A stretch of DNA of 54,385 nucleotides, taken from an uncultured Eubacteriales bacterium (GTDB taxonomy: Bacteria > Bacillota > Clostridia > Peptostreptococcales > Anaerovoracaceae). The position numbers and the translations under genes were made by a program. Below are positions 19,853 to 29,959 of the stretch, one piece after another. The notes under the pieces were generated by a model, which had not been told where the DNA came from, ran no database searches, and was given only the letters and a program-made list of their open reading frames with translations. The stretch spans positions 1 through 54,385 of the forward strand of contig CACZGY010000001.1 in NCBI GenBank assembly GCA_902780815.1, given 5' to 3'. Numbering within the stretch: position 1 is the stretch's first letter; every line of letters begins with the position of its first letter.

Positions 19853-21103
19853 ATGGACAGAAAAAGAGGCATATACATACACATGCCTTTCTGCGTACAG
19901 AAATGCAGATACTGTGCATTCCTTTCTTTTGACGCAGAAGGATCACCCAGAAAAGAATACACGGATGCTCTTGAAAAAGAGATAAGGCTCAGGGCTGAGC
20001 TCGAAAAGAAGAACGGAACAGATAAGCGCATAGACACGATATACATTGGAGGAGGAACTCCTTCGGTCATGGACATCGCATCGATGTCGGAAATGGTAAA
20101 GACACTGAAGAACTCCTTCGATGTGGAACCGGATGCAGAATTCACTCTGGAAGCGAATCCTGCCACACTGGGACGCAAGGACGGTGTGATGCTGGCAAAG
20201 CTGCAGGCATATAAGTTTATGGGAGTCAACCGTCTGTCCATGGGTGTGCAGTCCATGGATAACGACAGACTGCATTATCTCGGACGTATCCATACGGCAG
20301 AGAATGTTGCACGCGATATGGATATTATCCGCCGAAAGGGATTCGGCAACGTCAATCTCGACCTTATGTTTTCAGTTCCGGGGGAAAGCGGTGATGACGC
20401 GCTGAGCGATCTTGAAAAGATACTCGCTTTTGCTCCTGAACACATCTCTTGCTATAGCCTGCAAATAGAAGAGGGCACACCGTTTGGAGAGATGGCTGAA
20501 TCCGGAGAACTGACAGAAGTTCCCGATGAAGAGGACAGGGAGACTTATCACAGGATATGCCGAAGACTCAGTGAAGCCGGATATGAGCATTACGAGATAA
20601 GCAACTTTGCCAGAAAAGGTGAGGATCCCGGCGCTCCAAGTCCGTACAGATCGCGTCACAACAGTCTTTACTGGAACATGGACGAATACATAGGTCTGGG
20701 TCTCGGAGCGAGCGGATTTGTAAATGGTGTTAGATATAAAAACACATCAGATCTTGAAGAATATCTTTCCGCACTCGATGCAGGCAGGCTGCCGTTAGAG
20801 GAAGAACACAAAAATACTGCTTTTGACAATATAAGCGAAGCGGTATTTACCGGGCTGAGGAGACGTGAAGGTGTACGCTACGAGGATGCAGTACGGGCGT
20901 ATATCGACACAGACGATGCCGGGAAAAAGAATCTGACATCCTATGCTGATTTCAGGGACTGCTTCTGGGAGATCTTCGCGGAAGCAAAAGAGGAAGCCTT
21001 TGGATATGCCGGAAAAGGGCTTCTGACTATCGACAATGACGGCCTTAAGCTCACTGAGCAGGGGATAGATATAAGCAATTCAATAATGTCACTTTTTGTA
21101 TAG
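19853..21103 (+). CDS. hemW: radical SAM heme chaperone HemW / HemN-like protein
   Basis: CxxxCxxC cluster motif [10 protein letters not shown] seven residues after [13 protein letters not shown]. An alternative ATG at 19838 overlaps the lepA end. Follows lepA as in Bacillus. Confidence 0.85.
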   Translation: MDRKRGIYIHMPFCVQKCRYCAFLSFDAEGSPRKEYTDALEKEIRLRAELEKKNGTDKRIDTIYIGGGTPSVMDIASMSEMVKTLKNSFDVEPDAEFTLEANPATLGRKDGVMLAKLQAYKFMGVNRLSMGVQSMDNDRLHYLGRIHTAENVARDMDIIRRKGFGNVNLDLMFSVPGESGDDALSDLEKILAFAPEHISCYSLQIEEGTPFGEMAESGELTEVPDEEDRETYHRICRRLSEAGYEHYEISNFARKGEDPGAPSPYRSRHNSLYWNMDEYIGLGLGASGFVNGVRYKNTSDLEEYLSALDAGRLPLEEEHKNTAFDNISEAVFTGLRRREGVRYEDAVRAYIDTDDAGKKNLTSYADFRDCFWEIFAEAKEEAFGYAGKGLLTIDNDGLKLTEQGIDISNSIMSLFV

Positions 21104-21116
21104 AAAGGATAGCAGC

Positions 21117-22604
21117 ATGGAAAAATACATAATGGCGCTTGACCAGGGTACAACGAGTTCCAGGACCATCATCTATGACAAGGCAGGCAATATCAAATCT
21201 GTTGTGCAGAGGGAGTTTACCCAGATATTCCCTCATGAGGGCTGGGTGGAGCATGATGCAATGGAAATCTGGGCATCCCAGATGGGTACTGCACAGGAGG
21301 CGCTGCTGAAAGCCGGGCTTACATACAAGAACATTGCCGCCATCGGAATAACCAACCAGAGAGAGACTACAGTAGTCTGGGATAAAAAGACAGGCATCCC
21401 GGTATACAACGCAATAGTGTGGCAGTGCCGCAGAACTGCTGATTATGCTGCTAAGCTGAAACCGCATGAAGAAATGATAAAGCAGAAGACGGGTCTGCTC
21501 GCGGATCCTTATTTCAGCGGCACCAAGCTCGCGTGGATACTGGAGAATGTACCCGGGATAAGAGCCAGGGCAGAGAGAGGAGAGCTTCTCTTCGGAACCA
21601 TCGAATGCTGGCTGATATGGAAGCTGACAGGAGGAAAGGTCCATGTATCTGACTATTCCAACGCATGCAGGACTATGCTTTTCGACATCAATGCACTGAA
21701 GTGGGATGAAGAACTCTGCAGCCTGCTCAACATACCGATGTGCATGCTTCCGGAGCCGGTGGAGTGCTCCTGCTACTACGGAGACACTATCGATGAGATC
21801 TTCGGAGGCCCGATACCTATCACAGGTTCAGCAGGAGACCAGCAGGCCGCTCTCTTCGGTGAAGCGTGCTACAATGAAGGAGATGTAAAGAGCACATACG
21901 GTACTGGAAACTTCCTGCTCCTCAATACAGGATACAAGCCGGTGTATTCGGACAATGGCCTTCTCACGACTATCGCCTGGGGCCTTGACGGCAAGGTCAC
22001 ATATGCGCTCGAGGGATCAGTATTCGTCTGTGGTGCAGCAGTTCAGTGGCTCAGAGACCAGTTAAGGTTTTTCCGTGATGCGTCAGAGTCTGAAGAGATC
22101 GCGAAGCAGGTACCTGATGCAGGAGGAGTGTTTGTGGTTCCGGCGTTTGTAGGACTTGGAGCTCCGTACTGGGATCCTGAAGCAAGAGGTGCAATGTTCG
22201 GTATAACCAGAGGCACTACAAGAGAGCACATCGTAAGAGCGACTCTGCAGTCACTGGTCTATCAGAATGAGGATCTTCTTTCTGCGATGAAGGCGGATAC
22301 AGGAAAGGAGATAACTTCGCTGAAGGTAGACGGAGGCGCTGCGATGAACAACCTTCTGATGCAGTTCCAGGCAGATATCTCGGACGTAGATATCGTGAGA
22401 TATGCCTCGATAGAGTCCACTTCGCTTGGCGCAGCCTATCTGGCGGGCCTTGCGGTCGGTTACTACGACAGCCTTGCGGATATAGTTGCAAGCAAAGAGA
22501 TCGCGAAGACGTTCAGACCGTCTCTCGGAGAAAAGGAAAGAAGAGAAAAGCTGGCCGGATGGCACAAGGCAGTGAAGGCTACGATAGCTTTCCGGGAAGC
22601 ATAG
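21117..22604 (+). CDS. glpK: glycerol kinase
   Basis: FGGY kinase with the [17 protein letters not shown]-terminus. Start placed at ATG 21117 behind AAAGGA rather than the upstream ATG 21096. Confidence 0.95.
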   Translation: MEKYIMALDQGTTSSRTIIYDKAGNIKSVVQREFTQIFPHEGWVEHDAMEIWASQMGTAQEALLKAGLTYKNIAAIGITNQRETTVVWDKKTGIPVYNAIVWQCRRTADYAAKLKPHEEMIKQKTGLLADPYFSGTKLAWILENVPGIRARAERGELLFGTIECWLIWKLTGGKVHVSDYSNACRTMLFDINALKWDEELCSLLNIPMCMLPEPVECSCYYGDTIDEIFGGPIPITGSAGDQQAALFGEACYNEGDVKSTYGTGNFLLLNTGYKPVYSDNGLLTTIAWGLDGKVTYALEGSVFVCGAAVQWLRDQLRFFRDASESEEIAKQVPDAGGVFVVPAFVGLGAPYWDPEARGAMFGITRGTTREHIVRATLQSLVYQNEDLLSAMKADTGKEITSLKVDGGAAMNNLLMQFQADISDVDIVRYASIESTSLGAAYLAGLAVGYYDSLADIVASKEIAKTFRPSLGEKERREKLAGWHKAVKATIAFREA

Positions 22605-22614
22605 ACTATAGAAT

Positions 22615-22645
22615 AAAACGGTTCCCGTGACCGGGAACCGTTTTT
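22615..22645. terminator. bidirectional terminator between glpK and ansA
   Basis: CGGTTCCCG (22619-22627) pairs with CGGGAACCG (22632-22640), flanked by AAAA and TTTTT. Overlaps the ansA stop codon. Confidence 0.8.
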
Positions 22646-23672
22646 AATTTGTAAGCTCTCCTCTGAGATTGGTCTGCATCAGTCTGCGGATCTCGTCTGC
22701 AGGAAGATCTTTGCTCAAAAGATATGTGAGCTTTGTTATAGCAGCCTCGGTGGTCATGTTGCCTCCGCTGACAGCTCCCGCCTCTACAAGTGCTGAGCCT
22801 GCTTTGTATGTGCCCAGGCTTACTGTGCCCGCCGGGCACTGGGTGCATACCACGACAATGGTGCCGCATCTGCTTGCTTCGCTGATAAGACGCGAGAGGG
22901 CAGGATCGTAATCCGGTATGTTCCCTTTGCCGAATGTCTCAAGCACGAGCCCGTCAAGCGCTTCACACATTATCGGTTCAAAGATATCAAACTGTATGCC
23001 GGGAACCACCTTGATGACAGCAATGCGGCTTTCTTTCAGCATGACGAAATTGAGCGGACCGGTATCAAAACTGTTCTTTACATAATCACTGATCGACGCG
23101 TGGTCATATTCTATGGTGATCCCTGCGTCGGCTAATTTGTTGCAGTTAGGAGAAGTGAAAGCTACCATGCCGTCTGCTGAATACTTGATAGCACGGTTTC
23201 CGCGCAGCACCGAGTCGCCGAAACACAGGCTTACTTCCCGGATGACATCATCAGACGCGATCATCATGGAAGTAATGAGATTGTCACGTCCGTCACTCCT
23301 GAGTTCGCAGAGAGGTATCTGTGCACCTGTAAATACGACGGGTTTGTCGAGTCCTTCAAGCATGAAGGACAGGGCAGAAGCGCTGTAGGCGAGAGTATCC
23401 GTTCCGTGAAGGATTACGAACCCGTCATATTTGTCATAATACAAAGCTATCGCATCTGCCATGGAATTCCACTGCTCATATCTGACATTTGTCGAATCGA
23501 GAAGGGGCTCGAATTCTATAAGATCCCATTCCGGCATGTCAGGAGAGCTGAGATCACGGATCTGATAAAGCTCTTTAATCAGAGCGCCGGACTTCGGAGC
23601 ATAGCCGTTTTCTGTGCGGACCATGCCTATGGTGCCGCCGGTATGAATAATGAGTATTTTTTTCCTGTTCAT
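22644..23672 (-). CDS. ansA: L-asparaginase, type I (cytoplasmic)
   Basis: 342 aa. Active-site threonine motifs IIHTGGTIGM and LHGTDTLAY. Confidence 0.9.
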   Translation of the reverse strand: MNRKKILIIHTGGTIGMVRTENGYAPKSGALIKELYQIRDLSSPDMPEWDLIEFEPLLDSTNVRYEQWNSMADAIALYYDKYDGFVILHGTDTLAYSASALSFMLEGLDKPVVFTGAQIPLCELRSDGRDNLITSMMIASDDVIREVSLCFGDSVLRGNRAIKYSADGMVAFTSPNCNKLADAGITIEYDHASISDYVKNSFDTGPLNFVMLKESRIAVIKVVPGIQFDIFEPIMCEALDGLVLETFGKGNIPDYDPALSRLISEASRCGTIVVVCTQCPAGTVSLGTYKAGSALVEAGAVSGGNMTTEAAITKLTYLLSKDLPADEIRRLMQTNLRGELTN

Positions 23673-23729
23673 AGCTCAATAATATCATATGGGTGATTGC
23701 AAAACTTGATAACTTTTTTCATTTTTTTG

Positions 23730-23758
23730 TAGACAAGACATTGCCTTTTGTTTATAAT
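23730..23758 (+). promoter_or_regulatory. putative promoter of tRNA-Glu
   Basis: TAGACA (23730-23735), 17-nt spacer, TATAAT (23753-23758). Confidence 0.45.
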
Positions 23759-23780
23759 ACTACTTGCGCATGAAAAATGT

Positions 23781-23855
23781 GGCGCATTGGTCAAGAGGTC
23801 AAGACGTCGCCCTCTCACGGCGGAATCCAGGGTTCGATTCCCTGATGCGCTACCA
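23781..23855 (+). tRNA. tRNA-Glu (anticodon CUC)
   Basis: 75-nt cloverleaf. Acceptor GGCGCAT/ATGCGCT with a G-U first pair. Anticodon arm TCGCC-CTCTCAC-GGCGG, T arm CAGGG-TTCGATT-CCCTG, encoded CCA. Confidence 0.85.
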
Positions 23856-23862
23856 CGAAAAA

Positions 23863-23890
23863 GCGGGTACCCGGAAGGGTACCCGCTTTA
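23863..23890. terminator. bidirectional terminator (tRNA-Glu on +, Rrf2 gene on -)
   Basis: GCGGGTACCC-GGAA-GGGTACCCGC, flanked by AAAAA upstream and TTT downstream. Confidence 0.8.
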
Positions 23891-23913
23891 TGTATTGAGC
23901 ACATTAGAATACT

Positions 23914-24309
23914 TTATAAAAGATCACTCAGCTTTTTAGATGAAAAGAAATCATGAGTAAGCTTATAGTATTCTGTCCATAAAGGCAGGGTGTGACATTC
24001 CGGCGCCAAAGGACATGCTTTGGCGTTTTCTTCCAGACATGCAACAGGAGCAAGCGTGCCTTCCGTTACTTCTATTATTTCGTAAACAGTATACTCTTCC
24101 GGCCTGCGGCACAGTCTGTAGCCGCCGCCTTTTCCGCTTACACCCTCGAGCATACCGCCTTTTACAAGATCCCTGACAATGATCTCAAGATATTTTTTTG
24201 AGATCTGCTGTCTCTCAGCGATATCTTTAAGTGCAACATTTCCGCCTTCACCATGCTGAGCGAGGTCTATCATTATTCTAAGAGCATAGCGGCCTTTTGT
24301 AGAAATCAA
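23914..24309 (-). CDS. Rrf2 family transcriptional regulator (IscR/CymR-like)
   Basis: 131 aa. N-terminal wHTH KGRYALRIMIDLA. C-x7-C-x5-C cysteine triad (VACLEENAKACPLAPEC). TTG start 6 nt after GGGG. Confidence 0.88.
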   Translation of the reverse strand: MISTKGRYALRIMIDLAQHGEGGNVALKDIAERQQISKKYLEIIVRDLVKGGMLEGVSGKGGGYRLCRRPEEYTVYEIIEVTEGTLAPVACLEENAKACPLAPECHTLPLWTEYYKLTHDFFSSKKLSDLL

Positions 24310-24530
24310 AGCTTTACCCCTTTTATAAAAACAAGTTTACTTTTATCTTATTTTACTATTGGCACTCAATATGTTCAAGCTGACGGCTCTATATGAACTC
24401 AGGAAGGTGACATGTTTCCGGATAAATGGAGATGTTCTTTTTGCACAGCTTAAGCTATAATATATACGGATGTATTTGGCCGTAAAGGCTGCTCAAAACT
24501 GATTTGATTTCCCGAAGGAGGAGTTCAAAA

Positions 24531-25544
24531 ATGATAAACAAAATTCTTGTCGAAGCGTGCGTCAAAGCATTCAAAACTATCCTTGACAGAGAGAGTGTGC
24601 CATATGTGATCAAAGATGACGAAGAATCCAGTTACTTCTTTCATCTTTGGGAAGAAACTGATGAGGAAAGAGACCTGGCATACAGGCAGGCTGCTCCTGC
24701 TATGGAGCGCATAGCATCGCATGAGCCATATATTTTTGAAACAGAAGGAGAGCCCCTCGTCATTCGCCTTAATTATCTTGACAGAAGGCTTGAGAGAGAC
24801 TCGTTTGGTGAAATTATGCTTGAACGCCCTGATCTCGACTGGCGCTTTGCCATTTCCGTAAAGAGTGATGCCAGAATCCTGTCAGCGCTGCCAGTCGCAG
24901 ACCGTGAGCTCGATATGGATAAAGATAAGATCAGGAATTCGTTCAACGCGATCGATGATTTCGGTGACCGCATCTTCGGAATACCTTGTTCAAACGATTA
25001 TTTCGATGATATGAATGAAATACTTCTGAATATCGCTCCGCGCGATCATGAAAACTGGTCGGAGCTGGTTAAAGATGAGAGCTTCGTTTACGGAAAGCTG
25101 ATAACGCCGATGCTTAAAGCCATGGGACGCGAATTTCCTCGCATATTCAATTTTCATCCTGAAGCACCTCAGAAGCTGTTTGATTATTTCTACGGCAAGA
25201 TGGACTATTATTTCATCAAACCTATTGATGAATTACAGGTGACGCGTATTGGATGTGTTAATGCCCGCGGTTATCTCGGACGTATGCCTAACAACAGGAA
25301 CCTGAAAACCCCTAAGACGAGTTTTCCTTCGGAATTGCTTGATGTCAGGATGGCTACAGGCAAATACGGTGAAGTATCCAGAGATACGCTGCAGCTGGCC
25401 TTTGACGGTGGCTGGTCATTATGCATAACGATGTTCCCTGTATATGACACTTATGGTGAGCTCGGATTCGATCTTCAGGTATTTATTCCGGTAACACCAT
25501 TCGGCAGCTACCGCGATCAGGTCGACTGGGATCCGGAGGCATAA
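24531..25544 (+). CDS. hypothetical protein, possibly a divergent HaeIII-family / PD-(D/E)xK restriction-endonuclease-like fold
   Basis: 337 aa from ATG 24531 behind GGAGGAG. The blocks GEIMLERPDLDWRFAISVKS, FGIPCSNDYF, LFDYFYGKMDYYFIK and LAFDGGWSL resemble my recollection of HaeIII-like enzymes. No methyltransferase is adjacent. Unverified. Confidence 0.35.
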   Translation: MINKILVEACVKAFKTILDRESVPYVIKDDEESSYFFHLWEETDEERDLAYRQAAPAMERIASHEPYIFETEGEPLVIRLNYLDRRLERDSFGEIMLERPDLDWRFAISVKSDARILSALPVADRELDMDKDKIRNSFNAIDDFGDRIFGIPCSNDYFDDMNEILLNIAPRDHENWSELVKDESFVYGKLITPMLKAMGREFPRIFNFHPEAPQKLFDYFYGKMDYYFIKPIDELQVTRIGCVNARGYLGRMPNNRNLKTPKTSFPSELLDVRMATGKYGEVSRDTLQLAFDGGWSLCITMFPVYDTYGELGFDLQVFIPVTPFGSYRDQVDWDPEA

Positions 25545-25551
25545 CGCAATA

Positions 25552-26451
25552 ATGTTCAGATCGCCTAAGACCAAAACCGGGAAGTTTTTAAGAGAAACGC
25601 TGATCGTTCTGACGTCGGCGTTTTTCGGTTCGTCTGTTCAAATTTTTGTTATGATCCCGAACGGCATGACTTCAGGAGGAATGCCGGGTATCGCCAGGCT
25701 GATAACACATGCTTTTCCGATAAGCTATTCTCTTGTTTATTATACGCTTTCCATGGTAGTGCTGATCATTGCATATTTTGCCATGGGCAAAGCCGAGGTA
25801 AAACGTATAATAGCACTGGGATTCGCATACCCGATAATGCTGTTTATTTTTGAGCATATCGATTACGAATTTCTCAGATCACCGGATCCGTTCCTGGCCG
25901 CGATCCTGATCGGTATTTTCTACGGCATTGCGACCGGAGTAGGTTACATCGGAGGATACTCTTCAGGCGGAACCGACACTCTTGCCAGAGTCATGAAGTT
26001 TAAGTTCTTCAATCACTTGCGTACAGGCGATATACAAATGGCAATGGATATAGCCATAATAACAGTATCCGCTTTCGTGTTTGATACGAATATTGCAATG
26101 TACGCAATAGTTACAGCTGTGGTTGCTGCTAAGGTCATATCGGCTATTACCGTCGGATACGGCGGCAGATTCGTCCAGTTCGATATAATCACGAGTACAA
26201 AGGCTAAGCGTGAAGAGATAACAGAATATGTATTGAAAGATCTTAACAGAGCTGTAACGACCCATTCTTCGAGAGGAGAGTATACAAAAGAGGAGAGAAG
26301 AACGATCAGTGTCATATGTACTCCGGCGGAAAGTATAAAACTAAAAAAGCATGTCGCAGAAGTAGACCCTGACGCTTTCGCTACAGTCATGTCGCTTTCG
26401 AACGTCTGGGGCAAACGCTTCCAGGATATCAACGAAGCCGACAATACCTAA
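25552..26451 (+). CDS. YitT family membrane protein (C-terminal DUF2179-like domain)
   Basis: 299 aa. Polytopic N-terminal half with SGGMPGI and SSGGTDT repeats, soluble C-terminal domain. Starts 7 nt after the preceding gene. Confidence 0.75.
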   Translation: MFRSPKTKTGKFLRETLIVLTSAFFGSSVQIFVMIPNGMTSGGMPGIARLITHAFPISYSLVYYTLSMVVLIIAYFAMGKAEVKRIIALGFAYPIMLFIFEHIDYEFLRSPDPFLAAILIGIFYGIATGVGYIGGYSSGGTDTLARVMKFKFFNHLRTGDIQMAMDIAIITVSAFVFDTNIAMYAIVTAVVAAKVISAITVGYGGRFVQFDIITSTKAKREEITEYVLKDLNRAVTTHSSRGEYTKEERRTISVICTPAESIKLKKHVAEVDPDAFATVMSLSNVWGKRFQDINEADNT

Positions 26452-26456
26452 ACAAT

Positions 26457-26491
26457 AAAAACCACATTCCCGCACGGGAATGTGGTTTTTT
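26457..26491 (+). terminator. intrinsic terminator after yitT-like gene
   Basis: CCACATTCCC (26462-26471) pairs with GGGAATGTGG (26476-26485), followed by TTTTTT. Confidence 0.85.
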
Positions 26492-26907
26492 CAATTATCA
26501 ACAATATTATGTATGAATAAAGTAAATAGTGAGTATTTATTTATATCCTTAAGGTAAAAAAATAACAAACAGGAGCTTAAAAGCGGCAAAAGTGTTAATT
26601 AGTTAACAAACTTTTTGCTTGTAAATATATATGCAAACAACTTGAAAGCCTTGAAATTACTGCAAATAATCGAATATAGATAAGTTTACAATTCGAGAAA
26701 GGACGGTCATAAACGATAACTAAATATCAATTTAAGATTGACTTAAAGATGCATTCGGGTAATAATAAGTACATAATTGTTTATTGTCACCAAACCCCAT
26801 TCTTACTGCGACGATTCGAATCAATAAAGATAAACCGGATTTGATCATGCCGTAAAAAATAAAAACTCGAAATAAGCTAAGAGGTGGCAATAGAAAAGGA
26901 GTATTAT

Positions 26908-28422
26908 ATGAGTTCTGAAATGTTAACATTTATTTTGTACTTTGTGGCCCTGATGGGAGTTGTAATTTACTTCTACATCAAGGACAAACAGAGAAGCCAG
27001 GAGGATTACTTCCTGGGCGGCCGTGCGATGGGACCTTGGGTAACAGCACTTTCCGCACAGGCTTCAGATATGTCAGCATGGCTGCTGATGGGACTTCCGG
27101 GCTCGATCCTGGCCTTCGGATTCGGCCAGATCTGGATCGGCATCGGACTTGCACTTGGTACAGCGCTTAACTGGATCCTTTGTGCAAGAAGACTGAGAGT
27201 GTTCTCGGAAGAGGCAAATGACTCCATCACGATCCCGCAGTTCCTTGCAAACAGATTTGATGCAGATACAAAGACGCTGCAGATCATCTGCGCTCTGATT
27301 TTCCTGTTCGCTTATACGATCTACGTAGCATCTGCTTTCGTAGCAGGAACAACAGTATTCGGTACGCTGTTCCCGGGAATCTCCACAACACTTGCGATGG
27401 TCATCTTCGCACTGCTGATCGTATTCTACACGATCTTCGGAGGATTCACCGCTGTATGCTGGACAGACTTCTTCCAGGGCATGCTTATGATGATCGCGCT
27501 GATGGCAGTTCCTATCACAGTATGGCTCACACATCAGCAGCTCGACACCTCGCTGCTTTCGCAGGTATATGAGTATACAGATGCAAGCGGCGCAGTAGTT
27601 ACATGCGACTTCGGAAGCGGAATTTTCAGTGCAAGCTGGCAGGATATTGCGACAGGTATGGCATGGGGCCTCGGATACTTCGGTATGCCGCACATCATCG
27701 TAAGATTCATGTCTATCGAGAAGCCTTCGGAAATCAAGAAGTCCTCGACGATCGCTATCATCTGGGTAGTCATTTCACTCGGAAGTGCATGCCTCATCGC
27801 TTACATGGGCAGAATGCTTGTTGCTGATGAGCTGCTCCCTATCGGAATGCAGAAGATCGTATTCATCACAATGGCAAGGAAGTTCTTCCCGCCGGCACTC
27901 TCCGGACTGCTGCTCGCAGCTATCATCGCTGCTTCGGTATCGACTGCTGACTCTCAGCTGCTCGTAGCATCCAGCTCATTCACAGCTGACCTCTATGCAC
28001 AGTTCAAGAAGAATGTAACTGAGAAAGAAGCTGTAATGGTTGGCCGTATCGTAGTAGTAATCATCGCGGTTATTGCTTATCTGATCGCATCCTCGAAGGG
28101 TGCAGGAGCACAGGCTATCATGAACCTGGTTGAGAACGCATGGGGCGCATTCGGCGCTTCGTTCGGACCGGTCATCATCCTCTCGCTCTTCTGGAGAGAG
28201 TTCAACTACAAGGGCGCTATCGCCGGTATCATCGCAGGCTTCGTAGTAGACCTCGGCTGGCTCTTCGGCGGACTCTCTGCTTCGACAGGCGTATATGAAC
28301 TTCTGCCGGGATTCATCGCTGGCGGTATCGTAGCGTTCATCGTCGCAAAGGTTACACCGACACTCGACAAGGAGAGAGCAGTATTCGACAAGGCAAGAGA
28401 AAGAGATGCACTTGCTGACTGA
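26908..28422 (+). CDS. putP: sodium:solute symporter family protein, PutP-like sodium/proline symporter
   Basis: 504 aa from ATG 26908 behind AAAGGAG. About 13 predicted TM segments, with an SSS-family N-terminus (YFLGGRAMGPWVTALSAQASDMSAWLLMGLPG). Confidence 0.8.
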   Translation: MSSEMLTFILYFVALMGVVIYFYIKDKQRSQEDYFLGGRAMGPWVTALSAQASDMSAWLLMGLPGSILAFGFGQIWIGIGLALGTALNWILCARRLRVFSEEANDSITIPQFLANRFDADTKTLQIICALIFLFAYTIYVASAFVAGTTVFGTLFPGISTTLAMVIFALLIVFYTIFGGFTAVCWTDFFQGMLMMIALMAVPITVWLTHQQLDTSLLSQVYEYTDASGAVVTCDFGSGIFSASWQDIATGMAWGLGYFGMPHIIVRFMSIEKPSEIKKSSTIAIIWVVISLGSACLIAYMGRMLVADELLPIGMQKIVFITMARKFFPPALSGLLLAAIIAASVSTADSQLLVASSSFTADLYAQFKKNVTEKEAVMVGRIVVVIIAVIAYLIASSKGAGAQAIMNLVENAWGAFGASFGPVIILSLFWREFNYKGAIAGIIAGFVVDLGWLFGGLSASTGVYELLPGFIAGGIVAFIVAKVTPTLDKERAVFDKARERDALAD

Positions 28423-28449
28423 TCGATGGTAAATCCAAACTGATACATA

Positions 28450-28492
28450 AAGAAGCAGGCTTAAAAGCTTAAAAGCCTGCTTCTTTTTTTTA
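28450..28492 (+). terminator. intrinsic terminator after putP
   Basis: AAGAAGCAGGCTT (28450-28462) pairs with AAGCCTGCTTCTT (28473-28485), followed by a T run. Confidence 0.85.
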
Positions 28493-28533
28493 TTTGCCGC
28501 ATTTATACGGGTGTGAGCTATTGATTCCGTTAT

Positions 28534-29959
28534 ATTTCAATATGTTAAGAAAGACCATAACAAGCATTTAGATTTATTTACGTAAGAAGACAGCTGAATT
28601 ATTCTGTGGCACAGTGGGGGATTATTGCTTTTTAAAATGGGGGATATAACCATGAAAAAGAGAATCATTACTGTTTTACTGGCTGTTGTTCTTCTGATGC
28701 CGGTCGTGACGCCTGCTGTATATGCCGGGGATCTGCTTGACAGCAAAAAGGTCTACTATACGGAAGAATCCGACTATGAGGAAGGTGACTGCATTCTGAC
28801 AGCTACAAGAATGATGATCAGAAGAGCGGCCATCATGCGGCATAAAACAGGATGGGCTGAAATCACTAATAAATCATTGCGTAAGGATGCTACGACGGAC
28901 GGACTGCTCCTTTATAGTTTCTGTTACAATGCCGGAGGTGACAGCTACAATGTTGCCAGCGGTTCATTTAAAGGGGAGGGCAGCAGCGCGAGGATAGCAG
29001 AATTTGAAAATTTGCTGAAATCTCATCCTGAAGGTATCGTGGTCTGGGGTATTGATGCCGCTAAAACCGGAACTCACGGTGTTCTTGTTGTGAAGGTGGA
29101 AAACGGACAGGTTTACGCGATGGATTCATCGTACAATATGGGAATGTTCAGCGAAGGCATACAGAAGTGGTCAGACACTACAATGCTGGATCCGAGCCTG
29201 GTCACAGATTACTGGTACATAGACAATATCAACCATGACAAAAGCGGCATTGCTGCCGAAACACCTGAAATAAGATATTCGAAAAACAAGCATTTCAATA
29301 TGTTAAGACTGCACATAACAACTGTTTAGGTCGGTTTACGTGAGTCTGCTGTATGGCTATTCTTTAAAATGCGGAGGAATTTGACCATGAAGAAAAGAAT
29401 ATCAGCATTACTGATCGCTCTGACACTTATCATCACAGCGATGCCTTTTCCTACACTGGCGGCGGTATCTTCTATAGATGACAAAGCCGTATATTATACA
29501 CCGGCTTCGGATTATAAGAGCGGCGACTGTATCCTTACAGCAACCAAGATGATGATCAGAAGAGAAATGATCATCAGAAATACCGGTGACTGGAACAAGA
29601 TCACAAATCAGAAACTCAGGGGTTCTGCCACCATAGTCGGATTATTGCTGAATTCTTTCAAATATGATGATGAAGGTCTTCTTTTCGCGATCGACAGCGG
29701 CAAATTCACCGGAAAGGGTGATGCTGCCAGAATAAGGGAGATAGAGAGCCTTCTGAAGACGCACCCGGAGGGTATAGTCGTACACGGATCAAATGCTGCA
29801 AGTTCCGGAACGCACGGAGTTCTTGCGGTAAAAGTCGAAAACGGAGTCATATATGCTGCTGATTCATCGCGCAATACAGGACTCAACAATGAAGGAATAC
29901 AGCCATGGAAAAAAACGACAATGCTGGATCCGGCAAAGGTCACGAAATACTGGTATATA
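28534..29959 (+). repeat. tandem duplication (two diverged units of about 0.7 kb), each carrying leader plus hydrolase-like domain
   Basis: ATTTCAATATGTTAAGA occurs at 28534-28550 and again at 29292-29308. The leader similarity continues (CATAACA..TTTAG..TTTACGT..TTTAAAATG). The coding parts align gap-free over 161 residues. Confidence 0.8.
28652..29329 (+). CDS. secreted papain-fold (C39/CHAP-like) Cys/His hydrolase-like protein, paralog 1
   Basis: 225 aa from ATG 28652 behind GGGGGA. Signal peptide MKKRIITVLLAVVLLMPVVTPAVYA. Candidate nucleophile in GDCILTAT and candidate His in GTHGVLVV, followed by MDSS. Confidence 0.55.
   Translation: MKKRIITVLLAVVLLMPVVTPAVYAGDLLDSKKVYYTEESDYEEGDCILTATRMMIRRAAIMRHKTGWAEITNKSLRKDATTDGLLLYSFCYNAGGDSYNVASGSFKGEGSSARIAEFENLLKSHPEGIVVWGIDAAKTGTHGVLVVKVENGQVYAMDSSYNMGMFSEGIQKWSDTTMLDPSLVTDYWYIDNINHDKSGIAAETPEIRYSKNKHFNMLRLHITTV

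Noticed and set aside
19432-20256. 274-aa minus-strand ORF spanning the lepA/hemW junction
   Set aside because: It is antisense to two well-supported genes and has low-complexity composition, so it is a shadow ORF. The same reasoning applies to 1039-1665, 6231-6872, 15958-16584, 27073-27693, 40810-41544, 47057-47731, 49876-50508 and 51019-51663 on the minus strand, and to 30807-31343 and 35037-35510 on the plus strand.
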